A stretch of DNA of 46,108 nt. It comes from Candidatus Micrarchaeota archaeon (GTDB taxonomy: Archaea; B1Sed10-29; B47-G15). The translations under genes were made by a program, and so were the position numbers. Position 1 is the stretch's first letter, and each line of letters starts with the position of its first letter. Positions 27,383-38,700 of this stretch are shown here, in pieces. The DNA lies in NCBI GenBank assembly GCA_003660975.1, contig QMVG01000006.1, positions 1 through 46,108 on the forward strand, given 5' to 3'. The notes beneath the pieces are model-generated. The model was not told where the DNA came from. It saw nothing but the letters and a program-made list of their open reading frames with translations, and searched no databases.

Positions 27383-28807
27383 ATGACTATAGAGACGATA
27401 CTTATAGTCGATGACGAAGAGCTTATAAGGATGAGCCTCGCTGACGCCCTCGTTGACGCCGGTTATAATGTGTTACAGGCGCAGTCAGGGGAACATGCGT
27501 TGGCGGTATTGGAAGAGAAGGCGATTGATGTAATGATACTTGATCTTGTTTTACCAGGAATAGGCGGGTTTGAGCTTTTGAAAAAGTTAAAGGAAAAATT
27601 TCCTGAAGTCCAAGTTATAGTAATTACTGCTTTTAGTTCAATTGAGACTGCCGTAGAGTCCATCAAACTGGGGGCTTTCGACTATCTTCCCAAACCCTTC
27701 AACCTTGACGAGGTTGTTATCAAAGTAAAAAAAGCTCTGGAAGATAAAAGGCTCCGAAGTGAGCTGGAAGGATTTAGAACCGTACAGGAAATTAAACTGA
27801 AGAAGGACAAAATTGTATATAAAAGTAAGGCTATGGAAGAAGTAATAGATCAAATCAAGAAGGTAGCGATTTCGAATATTGATACCGTTCTTGTCACAGG
27901 GGAGACGGGCACGGGGAAAGAATTAGTGGCTAAGGCTATTCATTTGTTAAGTGATCGAGCTAACAAACCTTTTGTGATTGTGAATAGTATTGCAGTTCCT
28001 TCTACTTTATTAGAGAGCGAACTTTTCGGATATGAAAAAGGAGCGTTTACTAATGCTTGTGAGCAAAGAAAAGGTTTAATCGAACAAGCAGAAGGGGGCA
28101 CCCTTTTCTTGGACGAGATCGGTGACATGGATATGGGAGTTCAGGGGAAATTATTGAGATTTGTTGAGGATAGAATAGTAAGACGAATAGGTGGCCGAAA
28201 AGAGAAGGAGGTCGATGTACGACTGATAGCAGCAACTAATAAGGACTTAGCGAAAGCAGCCGCTGAAGGAACTTTCAGATTAGATTTTCTTCATCGTCTT
28301 AATCTCGTGAATATTCATCTACCCCCTCTGCGTGAAAGACGAGACGATATTCCCGTTTTAGCTGAGTATTTTTTGAACAAATACAATAAAAAACACCGAA
28401 AAAAAATTAAAGGATTTACTGAGGATGCAATAGATTTTCTTTTAAATTACCATTGGCCCGGGAATGTTAGGGAACTAAAAAATATGATCGAACAAATTGT
28501 TGTTTTTGGGGATTCTGTTTCCGTTATAACGTCAGATGTTCTTAAAGGGGCTTTCACAAAAAGTATTGCTTCAATGAAAAAAGGAGATGTTGAGACCCTG
28601 CCTTCCTTTTCTGTAGATGAAATTTTGTTCCGAAAAGACTTTAGCTTCAAAGCAGCTATCGAAAATTTTAGCAGGCAATTGATCAGAAAGGCCCTTAAAA
28701 TTTCAAAATATAATAAAGCTAAAGCCGCTAAACTCCTCAAAATGGATAGGTCTACCCTTAATTATCAAATAAAAATTCTCGGAATCAATGATGAACGATT
28801 AAATTAA
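27383..28807 (+). CDS. NtrC-family sigma54-dependent response regulator
   Basis: Receiver (VDDE, LDL, KPF); AAA+ domain GETGTGKE, ESELFGYEKGAFTNA, FLDEIG, WPGNVREL; Fis-type HTH. Confidence 0.95.
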   Translation: MTIETILIVDDEELIRMSLADALVDAGYNVLQAQSGEHALAVLEEKAIDVMILDLVLPGIGGFELLKKLKEKFPEVQVIVITAFSSIETAVESIKLGAFDYLPKPFNLDEVVIKVKKALEDKRLRSELEGFRTVQEIKLKKDKIVYKSKAMEEVIDQIKKVAISNIDTVLVTGETGTGKELVAKAIHLLSDRANKPFVIVNSIAVPSTLLESELFGYEKGAFTNACEQRKGLIEQAEGGTLFLDEIGDMDMGVQGKLLRFVEDRIVRRIGGRKEKEVDVRLIAATNKDLAKAAAEGTFRLDFLHRLNLVNIHLPPLRERRDDIPVLAEYFLNKYNKKHRKKIKGFTEDAIDFLLNYHWPGNVRELKNMIEQIVVFGDSVSVITSDVLKGAFTKSIASMKKGDVETLPSFSVDEILFRKDFSFKAAIENFSRQLIRKALKISKYNKAKAAKLLKMDRSTLNYQIKILGINDERLN

Positions 28808-28857
28808 TCCTTTATTTAACCGCTGATACCTTTAAAGACAGAGATCAGCAACAAACT

Positions 28858-28875
28858 ACCTCCGGCAGTAGCTTT
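28858..28875 (+). repeat. attR-like degenerate copy of the tRNA-Leu 3' end
   Basis: ACCTCCGGCAGTAGCTTT versus ACCTCCGGCACCAGCTTT; sits at the GC transition. Confidence 0.7.
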
Positions 28876-28876
28876 T

Positions 28877-29917
28877 ATGGTCACTTATCATCCCGCCAGG
28901 CTTTACGAAGTCCTTCCCAGCGGTGCTGTAAGATGTGGGCTTTGTCAACGCCGATGCCGCATCGCTCCAGGCGAAAGGGGATTCTGTGGGGTTCGGGAGA
29001 ACAGGGGTGGGGAGCTCTTCACCCTTACCTACGGGAACCTCTCCGCTGCCTCCTCTCGCCCCATCGAGATAAAACCCTTCTTCCACTATCACCCCGGCTC
29101 AACGGCCTTCACCATCTCCTCCTGGTCGTGTAACTTCCACTGCGCCTGGTGCCAGAACCATCACCTCTCGGGTCGCCTTCCCCCTGAGGGAATGGCACGT
29201 TCCCTTTCCCCGCAGGAGGTGATGGAGATGGCGAGAGGGGATGACGGGATCTGCGTCTCCTTCAATGAGCCGACGCTTCTTTTCGAGTTCTCGCTCGACC
29301 TCTTTACCCTGGCAAGGAAGGAGGACAAGTACTGTTGCTTCGTCTCCAACGGTTACATGACCACCGAGGCCTTAGATGCCCTCATCGAGGCGGGTCTTGA
29401 CGGCATGAACGTGGACGTGAAGGGTCGTCAGGAGGCGTACGATCGATACTGCGGTGGGCCGAAGGTGAGGGGGGTGTGGGAGCTGGCCGCCTATGCCCGC
29501 CGCCAAGGGGTTCACATCGAGGTCGTCTCCCTCCTCGTCACCGGTGTTTCCGATGACGAGACCACGGTGCGGTGGATAATCGATCAGCACCTGGAGGCCC
29601 TCGGCCCTGACGTCCCCCTCCACTTCACCCGGTACTTCCCTGCTCGCTCCTTCACCGCCCCTCTCACCCCTCTCGATCATATGGAGAGGGCATGGAGGTG
29701 GGCGAAGGACGCCGGTATCCACTACGTTTATCTGGGCAACCTTCGGGGACGGGGTGAGGATACCCATTGCCCCCGTTGCGGAAGCCTCCTGATTAGGAGA
29801 CAGGGCTTCGCCACCCTTGAGGTCCACCTCACCGAAGATAACTGCTGTCCTCACTGCCGGAATCCCCTCCCCATCGTCGGGAGGGCGAGACCTTCCTCCC
29901 CTTCCCGTTTCGACTAA
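28877..29917 (+). CDS. amrS: AmmeMemoRadiSam system radical SAM enzyme
   Basis: CGLCQRRC..GFCGVREN, PIEIKPFFHYHPG, CNFHCAWCQN, NEP, PLHFTRYFP, YVYLGN, CPRC..CPHC. Confidence 0.88.
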   Translation: MVTYHPARLYEVLPSGAVRCGLCQRRCRIAPGERGFCGVRENRGGELFTLTYGNLSAASSRPIEIKPFFHYHPGSTAFTISSWSCNFHCAWCQNHHLSGRLPPEGMARSLSPQEVMEMARGDDGICVSFNEPTLLFEFSLDLFTLARKEDKYCCFVSNGYMTTEALDALIEAGLDGMNVDVKGRQEAYDRYCGGPKVRGVWELAAYARRQGVHIEVVSLLVTGVSDDETTVRWIIDQHLEALGPDVPLHFTRYFPARSFTAPLTPLDHMERAWRWAKDAGIHYVYLGNLRGRGEDTHCPRCGSLLIRRQGFATLEVHLTEDNCCPHCRNPLPIVGRARPSSPSRFD

Positions 29918-30145
29918 GCGATATCCTCCTTTGCCGATCAGCATTTAAGACGATGTTAGAGATCAGGCTCGATCCAAAGAGCCTCCGTCAGAGACTACCA
30001 AGGGTTTATGGATGTTAAAATTTTTCAAAATAATGTTTAATTTTTGGTTTATTGCCATTTTATACTTCCCCCGCTGAGACCTTCGTTAAGGAAGCAATTT
30101 TTAAAGAATTTTTTGGTTTAAAGGCCAGTTAGAAATGACAAGGGA

Positions 30146-30198
30146 TTGACAAACAGTATTCGATTTTATATAAGACTTACAGTTTACGTAAAGTGTAA
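30146..30198 (+). promoter_or_regulatory. sigma70 promoter with a downstream palindromic operator
   Basis: TTGACA (30146-51), 17 bp, TATAAG; palindrome TTACAGTTTACGTAAAGTGTAA at 30177-30198. Confidence 0.65.
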
Positions 30199-30223
30199 AA
30201 TTTCCATAAACGAGGGGGGAAAG

Positions 30224-31414
30224 ATGACGTTGTCTTTTGATCTTACGGAAGAGCAGAGGATCTTGCGGGAGACGGTGCGCCGCTTTGCGGAGAACGAGAT
30301 AAGGCCCGTGTGTCAGGAGCTGGACGAGAAGGAGGAGTTCTCAGTGGAGCTCACCCGGAAGATGGGGGAGCTTGGGCTCTTTGGCCTGCTCTTCCCTGAG
30401 AAGTATGGGGGATCGGGGATGGGTTATATCTCCTACATGATAGCGGTGGAGGAGATAGCCCGGGTGGATGGTTCTCAAGCGGCTACCCTGGCAGCGGGAG
30501 TCTCCTTGGGGATTGCCCCGATCTACTATTTCGGCAACGAGGAGCAGAAGCGCTACTGGCTGCCGAAGCTCTGCTCAGGGGAGATGCTTGCCTCCTTTGG
30601 CCTCACCGAGCCCAACGCCGGATCGGATGCCGGGGCTTCCCGGACCACCGCCGTCCTCGATGGAAACGAGTGGGTTATAAACGGAAGTAAGATCTTCATC
30701 ACCAATTCCTGTACCCCCATAAGCGGGGTGTGTGTGGTTCAGTGTGTGACGGGAAAGAGGCCCGATGGAAAGAACGAGCTCAGCTGTATTCTCGTCCCTA
30801 ACGGCACCAAGGGGTTTACGGCCCGCCCCATGAAGGGTAAGATGGTCTGGCGGGCTTCCAACACCGGGGAGTTGATCTTTGAGGATTGCCGGGTCCCCAA
30901 GGAAAACCTCCTGGGAAGGAGAGGGGATGGGTTTCGTCAGATGCTGGCCACCCTCGATGGGGGGAGGTTGAGCATCGCGGCCATGGGCCTGGGAGGGGCA
31001 CAGGGGGCCTACGAGGCAGCCTTAAGATACGCCAACGAGCGGGAGCAGTTCGGGAGAAACATCGGGGCCTTTCAGGCGGTGGCCTTCAAACTGGCCGAGA
31101 TGGCCACCAGGATAGAGGCGGCCCGGTGGCTCCTCTATTATGCGGCCTGGCTGGCGGAACAGAAACGGCCCTTCACCAAGGAGGCGGCCATGGCCAAGCT
31201 CTACTGCTCCGAGGTGATGCACTGGGTGGCAGATCAGGCGGTCCAGATCCATGGAGGCTATGGGTTGATGAAGGAATTCTTCGTGGAGAAATACTACCGG
31301 AACTCCAAGCTCCTGGAGATCGGAGAAGGGACCTCAGAGGTCCAGAAGATAGTCATCGCCCGCCAGATAGGGGTGAAGGGAGGGGATTGGTGGACCGGGG
31401 TAACCCACCAGTGA
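30224..31414 (+). CDS. Acyl-CoA dehydrogenase (short/branched-chain type)
   Basis: FGLTEPNAGSDA, NGSKIFITN, R.QFG, QIHGGYG, EIGEGTSE; the SD supports ATG 30224. Confidence 0.92.
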   Translation: MTLSFDLTEEQRILRETVRRFAENEIRPVCQELDEKEEFSVELTRKMGELGLFGLLFPEKYGGSGMGYISYMIAVEEIARVDGSQAATLAAGVSLGIAPIYYFGNEEQKRYWLPKLCSGEMLASFGLTEPNAGSDAGASRTTAVLDGNEWVINGSKIFITNSCTPISGVCVVQCVTGKRPDGKNELSCILVPNGTKGFTARPMKGKMVWRASNTGELIFEDCRVPKENLLGRRGDGFRQMLATLDGGRLSIAAMGLGGAQGAYEAALRYANEREQFGRNIGAFQAVAFKLAEMATRIEAARWLLYYAAWLAEQKRPFTKEAAMAKLYCSEVMHWVADQAVQIHGGYGLMKEFFVEKYYRNSKLLEIGEGTSEVQKIVIARQIGVKGGDWWTGVTHQ

Positions 31415-32376
31415 AGGGAAGGGGACTCGCCTCCCGAATCCTCCAGGGGGACATAAAGGCTGCCTCCCGCCTCATGAGGGACATAGATGATGAGGTGGAG
31501 GGGACGGTGGAGGAGCTCAAGCTCCTTTATCCCCGAACGGGCAACGCCTATGTGATCGGCATAACCGGCCCCCCGGGGGTGGGGAAGAGCACGCTGGTGG
31601 ACAGGATGATAGAGCTCCTGCGTAAGGAGGGGAAGACGGTGGGGGTGGTGGCCGTGGACCCCACCAGCCCTTTCAGCGGCGGGGCGATCCTGGGCGACAG
31701 GATCAGGATGCAGCGCCACTCCACAGACGACGGGGTCTTTATCCGGAGCCTGGCTACCAGGGGACAGCTGGGGGGGCTCTCCCGCTCCACCCACGATGTC
31801 GTCAAGGTGTTAGACGCCATGGGGAAGGACGTGATCATCATCGAGACGGTAGGGGTGGGGCAGGACGAGGTGGAGATCGCCAGGGCAGCGGATACGTCCA
31901 TCGTGGTGCTGGTGCCAGGGCTCGGGGATGAGATCCAGGCGATAAAGGCCGGGATCCTGGAGATCGGGGACATCTTCGTCATCAACAAGTGCGAGCAGGA
32001 GGGGGCTGACCGCCTGGAGAACGAGCTGAGGCTGATGCTCGAGATGGGGTCAAAGAGGCCCGATGGCTGGGTACCTCCCATCTACAGAACCGAGGCGATA
32101 AAGGGGGAGGGGATAAAGGAGCTGCTTGAAGGGGTGTGGCGGCACAGGGAGACCCTCCTCGAGGGAGAGGGACACAAACGCCACCTGAGGGAGAGGGCGC
32201 GGGCGGAGCTCTTGGAGATCATCCAGGCAGAGGTGATGAGGAGGCTGCTCGAGGGGCTGGGGGAGGAGCTGGAGCGGATGGTGGAGGAGGTCGCCTCCCG
32301 AAGGAAGGATCCCTATACCCTCGCCGAGGAGGTCTTAGAGAGGTTTCTCTGTCAGGGGACAAAAAGCAAGGGATAA
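31411..32376 (+). CDS. meaB: Methylmalonyl-CoA mutase-associated GTPase
   Basis: [35 protein letters not shown]; GTG 31411 overlaps the upstream stop. Confidence 0.93.
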   Translation: MKGRGLASRILQGDIKAASRLMRDIDDEVEGTVEELKLLYPRTGNAYVIGITGPPGVGKSTLVDRMIELLRKEGKTVGVVAVDPTSPFSGGAILGDRIRMQRHSTDDGVFIRSLATRGQLGGLSRSTHDVVKVLDAMGKDVIIIETVGVGQDEVEIARAADTSIVVLVPGLGDEIQAIKAGILEIGDIFVINKCEQEGADRLENELRLMLEMGSKRPDGWVPPIYRTEAIKGEGIKELLEGVWRHRETLLEGEGHKRHLRERARAELLEIIQAEVMRRLLEGLGEELERMVEEVASRRKDPYTLAEEVLERFLCQGTKSKG

Positions 32377-32386
32377 GGAGAGAAGG

Positions 32387-33940
32387 ATGGTTACTTGGGA
32401 TCAGAGGCGGAGGGAACTGGAGGAAAAAGAGGCGTTGGCGGAGCTTGGCGGTGGGCAGGAGAGGATAGAAAAGCAGCATCAGATGGGGAAACTCACCGCC
32501 CGGGAGAGGATAGAGCTCCTGATGGACAAGGGGACCTTTGTGGAGATAGACAAGTTCGTGACCCACCGCTGTCCCTACTTCGGGATGGAGAAGAAGAAGT
32601 ATTACGGGGACGGGGTGATCACCGGCTACGGGAAGATAAACGGCAGGCTCACCTTCGTTTTCTCGCAGGACTTCACCGTCTTTGGCGGGGCCCTGGGGCT
32701 CGCCTTCGCCAACAAGGTCTGCAAGGTGATGGATCTCGCCATGGAGAACGGCGCCCCGATCGTGGGGCTCAACGATTCCGGAGGGGCCCGGATCCAGGAG
32801 GGAGTGGAGAGCCTGGCGGGATATGGCGATATATTCCTGCGGAACACCCTTGCCTCAGGGGTGATCCCCCAGATATCGGCCATCCTGGGACCCTGCGCCG
32901 GAGGGGCGGTCTACTCGCCGGCCATCACCGACTTCATCATCATGACCCGAAAGACCAGCTACATGTTCATAACTGGCCCCGAGGTGATCAAGGCAGTGAC
33001 CCATGAGGAGGTGACCAAGGAGAAGCTGGGAGGGGCGATGACCCATAACACCGTGAGCGGGGTCGCCCATTTTGCCCCCGAGGACGATCGGGAGGCGATG
33101 AAGCTGATAAGGGAGCTCCTCTCCTACTTTCCCCAGAACAACCGGGAGAAGCCCCCGCGGGTGGAGACGGACGATGACCCGAACCGTAAGGAGGAGGCGC
33201 TGAAGACCCTGGTGCCCGACAACCCCAAGAAGCCCTATGATATGAGGGAGCTGATTCGGCTGGTGGTGGATGAGGGGAAGTTCCTGGAGGTCCACGAGCA
33301 CTTTGCCCGCAACATCGTGGTGGGCTTCGCCCGTCTGGGGGGAATGGCGGTGGGGATCGTGGCCAATCAGCCTAACTGGCTCGCCGGATGCCTCGATATC
33401 AACGCCTCGGTAAAGGGGGCGAGGTTTGTCAGGTTCTGCGATGCCTTCAACATCCCTCTGGTCACCTTCGTGGACGTGCCCGGCTTCCTTCCGGGGACGG
33501 CCCAGGAGTATGGGGGGATCATAAGGCACGGTGCCAAGCTCCTTTACGCCTACGCCGAGGCCACGGTACCCAAGGTGACGGTCATAACCAGGAAGGCCTA
33601 CGGGGGGGCCTATGACGTGATGTCGAGCAAGCATCTTCGGGGCGACATCAACTACGCCTATCCGATAGCGGAGATAGCGGTGATGGGTCCTGAAGGGGCG
33701 GTCAACATCATCTTCCGCAAGGAGATAGCTTCCTCCCCCAATCCGGAGGAGACCAGGAGGCGCCTCATCGAGGAGTACCAGAACAACTTCGCCACCCCAT
33801 ATCAGGCGGCAGAGCTGGGGTACATAGACGAGATCATAAGGCCTGAGGAGACCCGCCTCAAGCTGATCCAGGCCCTGGAGATGCTCCAGGACAAGGAGGA
33901 CAGGAACCCCTCGAAGAAGCACGGGAACATCCCCCTGTGA
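32387..33940 (+). CDS. Acyl-CoA carboxyltransferase (propionyl-CoA carboxylase beta or methylmalonyl-CoA decarboxylase alpha)
   Basis: [35 protein letters not shown]. Confidence 0.92.
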   Translation: MVTWDQRRRELEEKEALAELGGGQERIEKQHQMGKLTARERIELLMDKGTFVEIDKFVTHRCPYFGMEKKKYYGDGVITGYGKINGRLTFVFSQDFTVFGGALGLAFANKVCKVMDLAMENGAPIVGLNDSGGARIQEGVESLAGYGDIFLRNTLASGVIPQISAILGPCAGGAVYSPAITDFIIMTRKTSYMFITGPEVIKAVTHEEVTKEKLGGAMTHNTVSGVAHFAPEDDREAMKLIRELLSYFPQNNREKPPRVETDDDPNRKEEALKTLVPDNPKKPYDMRELIRLVVDEGKFLEVHEHFARNIVVGFARLGGMAVGIVANQPNWLAGCLDINASVKGARFVRFCDAFNIPLVTFVDVPGFLPGTAQEYGGIIRHGAKLLYAYAEATVPKVTVITRKAYGGAYDVMSSKHLRGDINYAYPIAEIAVMGPEGAVNIIFRKEIASSPNPEETRRRLIEEYQNNFATPYQAAELGYIDEIIRPEETRLKLIQALEMLQDKEDRNPSKKHGNIPL

Positions 33941-33941
33941 G

Positions 33942-35110
33942 ATGCCCCTTGAAGGGATAAAGGTCCTCGATCTGAGCAGGCTGCTACCTGGGGCCTACTG
34001 CACCCAGCTCCTCTGTGCCTTCGGGGCCGAGGTCTGGAAGCTGGAGCCGCCCGAAGGGGACCCTGCCAGGAGATGGGGGCCGAGGGTGGGAGGGTTTCCT
34101 GCCTACTTCTATGGCCTCAACCGGGGAAAGAAGAGCCGGGTCCTCGATCTGAAGAGGGAGGGGGCGAGGGAGGTGATGGGAAGACTCCTCAGGAGGGTGG
34201 ACGTGTTGCTCGAGGGGTTCCGGCCGGGGGTGGCGGAGCGGCTGGGGGTGGGATATGAGGAGGCTTCGAGGATAAACTCCCGCCTCATTTACTGTTCCCT
34301 CTCGGGGTATGGCCAGGATGGCCCCCTGCGGGAGAGGCCAGGGCATGACATCAACTACATCGCTCTCGGGGGACTGCTGGACCTCACAGGAGAGGAGGGG
34401 GGGAGGCCTGTGATCCCTGGCGGACAGATAGCCGATATCACGGGAGGGCTTCTGGCACTGGTGGGGATCCTTCTCGCCCTGAGGAGGAGGGAGAGGACGG
34501 GTGAAGGGGAGTACATAGATGTGGCGATGCTCGATGGGGTCCTCTCCTGGCTCCCCCTTTACCTCGGGGATTACGAGGCAGGGGTCCTCCCCGAGAGGGG
34601 CAAGATGATCCTCAACGGGGGATATGCCTGCTATAACGTCTACGAAACAGAGGACGGGGGATACGTGGCCCTCGGGGCCTTAGAGCCCCATTTCTGGGAG
34701 AGGTTCTGCCGGGCTACAGGGAAGGAGGAGATGATCCCCTTCCAGTACGATCCCAGCAAGCAGGGAGAACTCATTGAGGAACTGAGGAGGGTCTTCATGG
34801 AGAGGGGAAGGGATGAATGGGCGGAGTTTCTCACCTCCAGGGACGTGCCCTGTGAGCCCGTCCTCTCCTTCGAGGAGGTCCTCTCCCATCCCCAGGTCCT
34901 GGCCCGGAGGATGATCCGGGAAGGGGAGATGGAAGGGGCGAGGAAGGTGAGGTGGATAAAGGCCCCGATAAGGTTCTCCTCAATAGAGGAAAGGGATTAT
35001 CCTTCCCCTCCCTCCCTGGGGGAGCACACCGAGGAGATCCTTCGGGAGGTCGGCTTTGACCCCGGGGAGATCCGCAGGCTCAGGGAGGAGGGGGTCTTGG
35101 GAGGGAGGAG

Positions 35111-35114
<4 letters not shown>
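33942..35114 (+). CDS. CaiB/BaiF family III CoA transferase or racemase
   Basis: [39 protein letters not shown]. Confidence 0.9.
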
Positions 35115-36781
<1,667 letters not shown>

Positions 36782-36791
36782 GGAGGTGAGG

Positions 36792-37202
36792 ATGGAGAGG
36801 AAGATAAGGGTCCTGATCGCCAAGCCCGGCCTGGACGGCCATGACCGGGGGGCGAAGGTGATCGCCCGGGCGCTGAGGGATGCGGGCTTTGAGGTGATAT
36901 ACACAGGGATCCGCCAGACCCCTGAGCAGATCGCCAACGCCGCCCTCCAGGAGGGGGTGGACGTGGTGGGGCTAAGCTGTCTGTCAGGGGCCCACAACCA
37001 GCTCTTCCCCCGGGTGGTGGAGCTCTTGAGGGAGAAGGGGGCCGGGGATGTGCTGGTGATCGGTGGGGGGATCATCCCTTATGACGATATCCCCCGCCTG
37101 AAGGAGGCGGGGATAGAGGAGGTCTTTCAGCCCGGAACCCCCATCGAGGAGATCGTAAACTACATCCGAAAAAGGATGGAAGAGAGGAGGAAGGAAGGAT
37201 GA
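36792..37202 (+). CDS. mcmA2: Methylmalonyl-CoA mutase, cobalamin-binding subunit
   Basis: [20 protein letters not shown]. Confidence 0.93.
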   Translation: MERKIRVLIAKPGLDGHDRGAKVIARALRDAGFEVIYTGIRQTPEQIANAALQEGVDVVGLSCLSGAHNQLFPRVVELLREKGAGDVLVIGGGIIPYDDIPRLKEAGIEEVFQPGTPIEEIVNYIRKRMEERRKEG

Positions 37203-37612
37203 TAAAGAGGGTGGATCACATCGCCGTGGCCGTCCCCAACGTGGAGGAGGCGGCCCGATTCTACGAGGAGGCCCTGGGGCTTAAGCTCGGGGGGGTCGAG
37301 GTGGTGGAGGGGATGGACACCAAGGTGGGATTCTTCCAGATAGGGGAGACCAGGATAGAACTGGTGGAGCCGACCAAGGAGGATACCGCACTCGACAAGT
37401 TCCTCGCCAGCAGGGGGCCCGGAATCCACCACATCTGCTTCGAGGTGGAGGACATCGAGGCGGCCTTAAGGACCCTGAAGGAGAGGGGGGTAAGGCTTGT
37501 GGACGAGGAGCCACGGCCAGGGGCCCACGGCACCCGCGTGGGGTTCATCCACCCCAAGTCCACGGGCGGTGTCCTCATCGAACTGAGCCAGCACCCCCGG
37601 GGTTCACATTAG
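37199..37612 (+). CDS. mce: Methylmalonyl-CoA epimerase
   Basis: [32 protein letters not shown]. Confidence 0.93.
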   Translation: MIKRVDHIAVAVPNVEEAARFYEEALGLKLGGVEVVEGMDTKVGFFQIGETRIELVEPTKEDTALDKFLASRGPGIHHICFEVEDIEAALRTLKERGVRLVDEEPRPGAHGTRVGFIHPKSTGGVLIELSQHPRGSH

Positions 37613-37760
37613 CAAGGCGTTTGAAAAAGTTAAAAATGACAGTGAGAAGGACCCGATCAGAGGGGCAAAACGAGGTCTCAGGAAAGCCATTTTAGAACAT
37701 AGTTTGTTTTGCAAAATTTTTCTCAAAGTTCAAGAAAAAGGCTTAGTTTTAGCTGCTTTT

Positions 37761-37821
37761 TTACAGTTTACGTAAACTGAAAAATATATGCCTTGACAAA
37801 AAGTGTCTCTTTTGTTATTGA
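37761..37821 (+). promoter_or_regulatory. Palindromic operator with a sigma70 promoter
   Basis: TTACAGTTTACGTAAACTGAAA (37761-37782); TTGACA (37793-98); TGnTATTGA at 17 bp spacing. Confidence 0.65.
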
Positions 37822-37887
37822 GGAAAAAAGTTTTTCGCTGATACTTGGAGGGGGGAAATCCCGAAAAAAGTGAAGAGAGGGTAAGAG

Positions 37888-38700
37888 ATGGTGGAGAAGG
37901 GGGATGAGGTCATCCTGAAAGTGGAGAACCTCTATAAGACCTTCGGAGGGGTGGCGGCCTTAACGGGGGTGAGCTTTGAGGTGAAGAGGGGGGAGATCTT
38001 CTCCATCATAGGGCCCAACGGGGCGGGAAAGACGGTGACCCTGAACTGCATCAATGGCCTCTATAAGCCCGACAGGGGCAAGATCTATTTGAACGGAAAG
38101 GACATCACTCGTCTGAGTCCTCACCGGCGGGCGGCCCTGGGGTTGGCCAGGACCTTCCAGAAGATAGAGCTCTTCAGCGGGATGACAGTCCTCGATAACA
38201 TCCGCCTGGGGATGCACATCCACCTGAAGAGCGGGATCTTCAGCGGTTCCGTCTATGTGGGGAAGACCGCCCGGGAGGAGATAGAGGCCCGGAGGTTCAT
38301 CGAGGAGGAGATCATTGACCTGCTGGAGATCGAGCATATCCGGAACAAGATCACGGGTATGCTCCCCTATGGGCTCCAGAAGCGGGTTGAGTTGGCCAGG
38401 GCCCTGGCCCTGAAGCCGGAGGTCATCCTGCTCGATGAGCCGATGGCGGGGTTGAACCTGGAGGAGGTGGAGGACATGGTCCGCTTCATCCTCGACGTGA
38501 ACGAGGAGAAGCGGTGGCAGGTCACCTGCATCTTGGTGGAGCACGATATGGGGGTGGTGATGGACATCTCGGATCGGGTGATGGTGCTCAACTTCGGCGA
38601 GAAGATAGCCGAGGGCCCTCCTTCCGAGATCCAGAACCATCCCGAGGTGATCAAGGCGTATCTGGGGGAGGTGGAGGAACTCTATGTCACGAGGAGATAA
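37888..38700 (+). CDS. livG: LivG-like ABC ATP-binding protein
   Basis: GPNGAGKT, RTFQ, LPYGLQKRVE, LLDEP, VEHD. Confidence 0.92.
   Translation: MVEKGDEVILKVENLYKTFGGVAALTGVSFEVKRGEIFSIIGPNGAGKTVTLNCINGLYKPDRGKIYLNGKDITRLSPHRRAALGLARTFQKIELFSGMTVLDNIRLGMHIHLKSGIFSGSVYVGKTAREEIEARRFIEEEIIDLLEIEHIRNKITGMLPYGLQKRVELARALALKPEVILLDEPMAGLNLEEVEDMVRFILDVNEEKRWQVTCILVEHDMGVVMDISDRVMVLNFGEKIAEGPPSEIQNHPEVIKAYLGEVEELYVTRR

Larger units (their letters stand above)
2204..28875. mobile_element. tRNA-Leu-associated catabolic genomic island with no integrase visible
   Basis: GC drops directly after the tRNA and recovers at about 28860; flanking degenerate direct repeat; IS remnants inside. Confidence 0.8.

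Noticed and set aside
30146-30223. TTG start of the acyl-CoA dehydrogenase at 30146
   Set aside because: That TTG is the -35 box TTGACA; an SD precedes ATG 30224.
30886-31410. 175-aa N-terminal extension of MeaB suggesting a fusion
   Set aside because: It overlaps the acyl-CoA dehydrogenase in another frame; MeaB similarity starts at GTG 31411.
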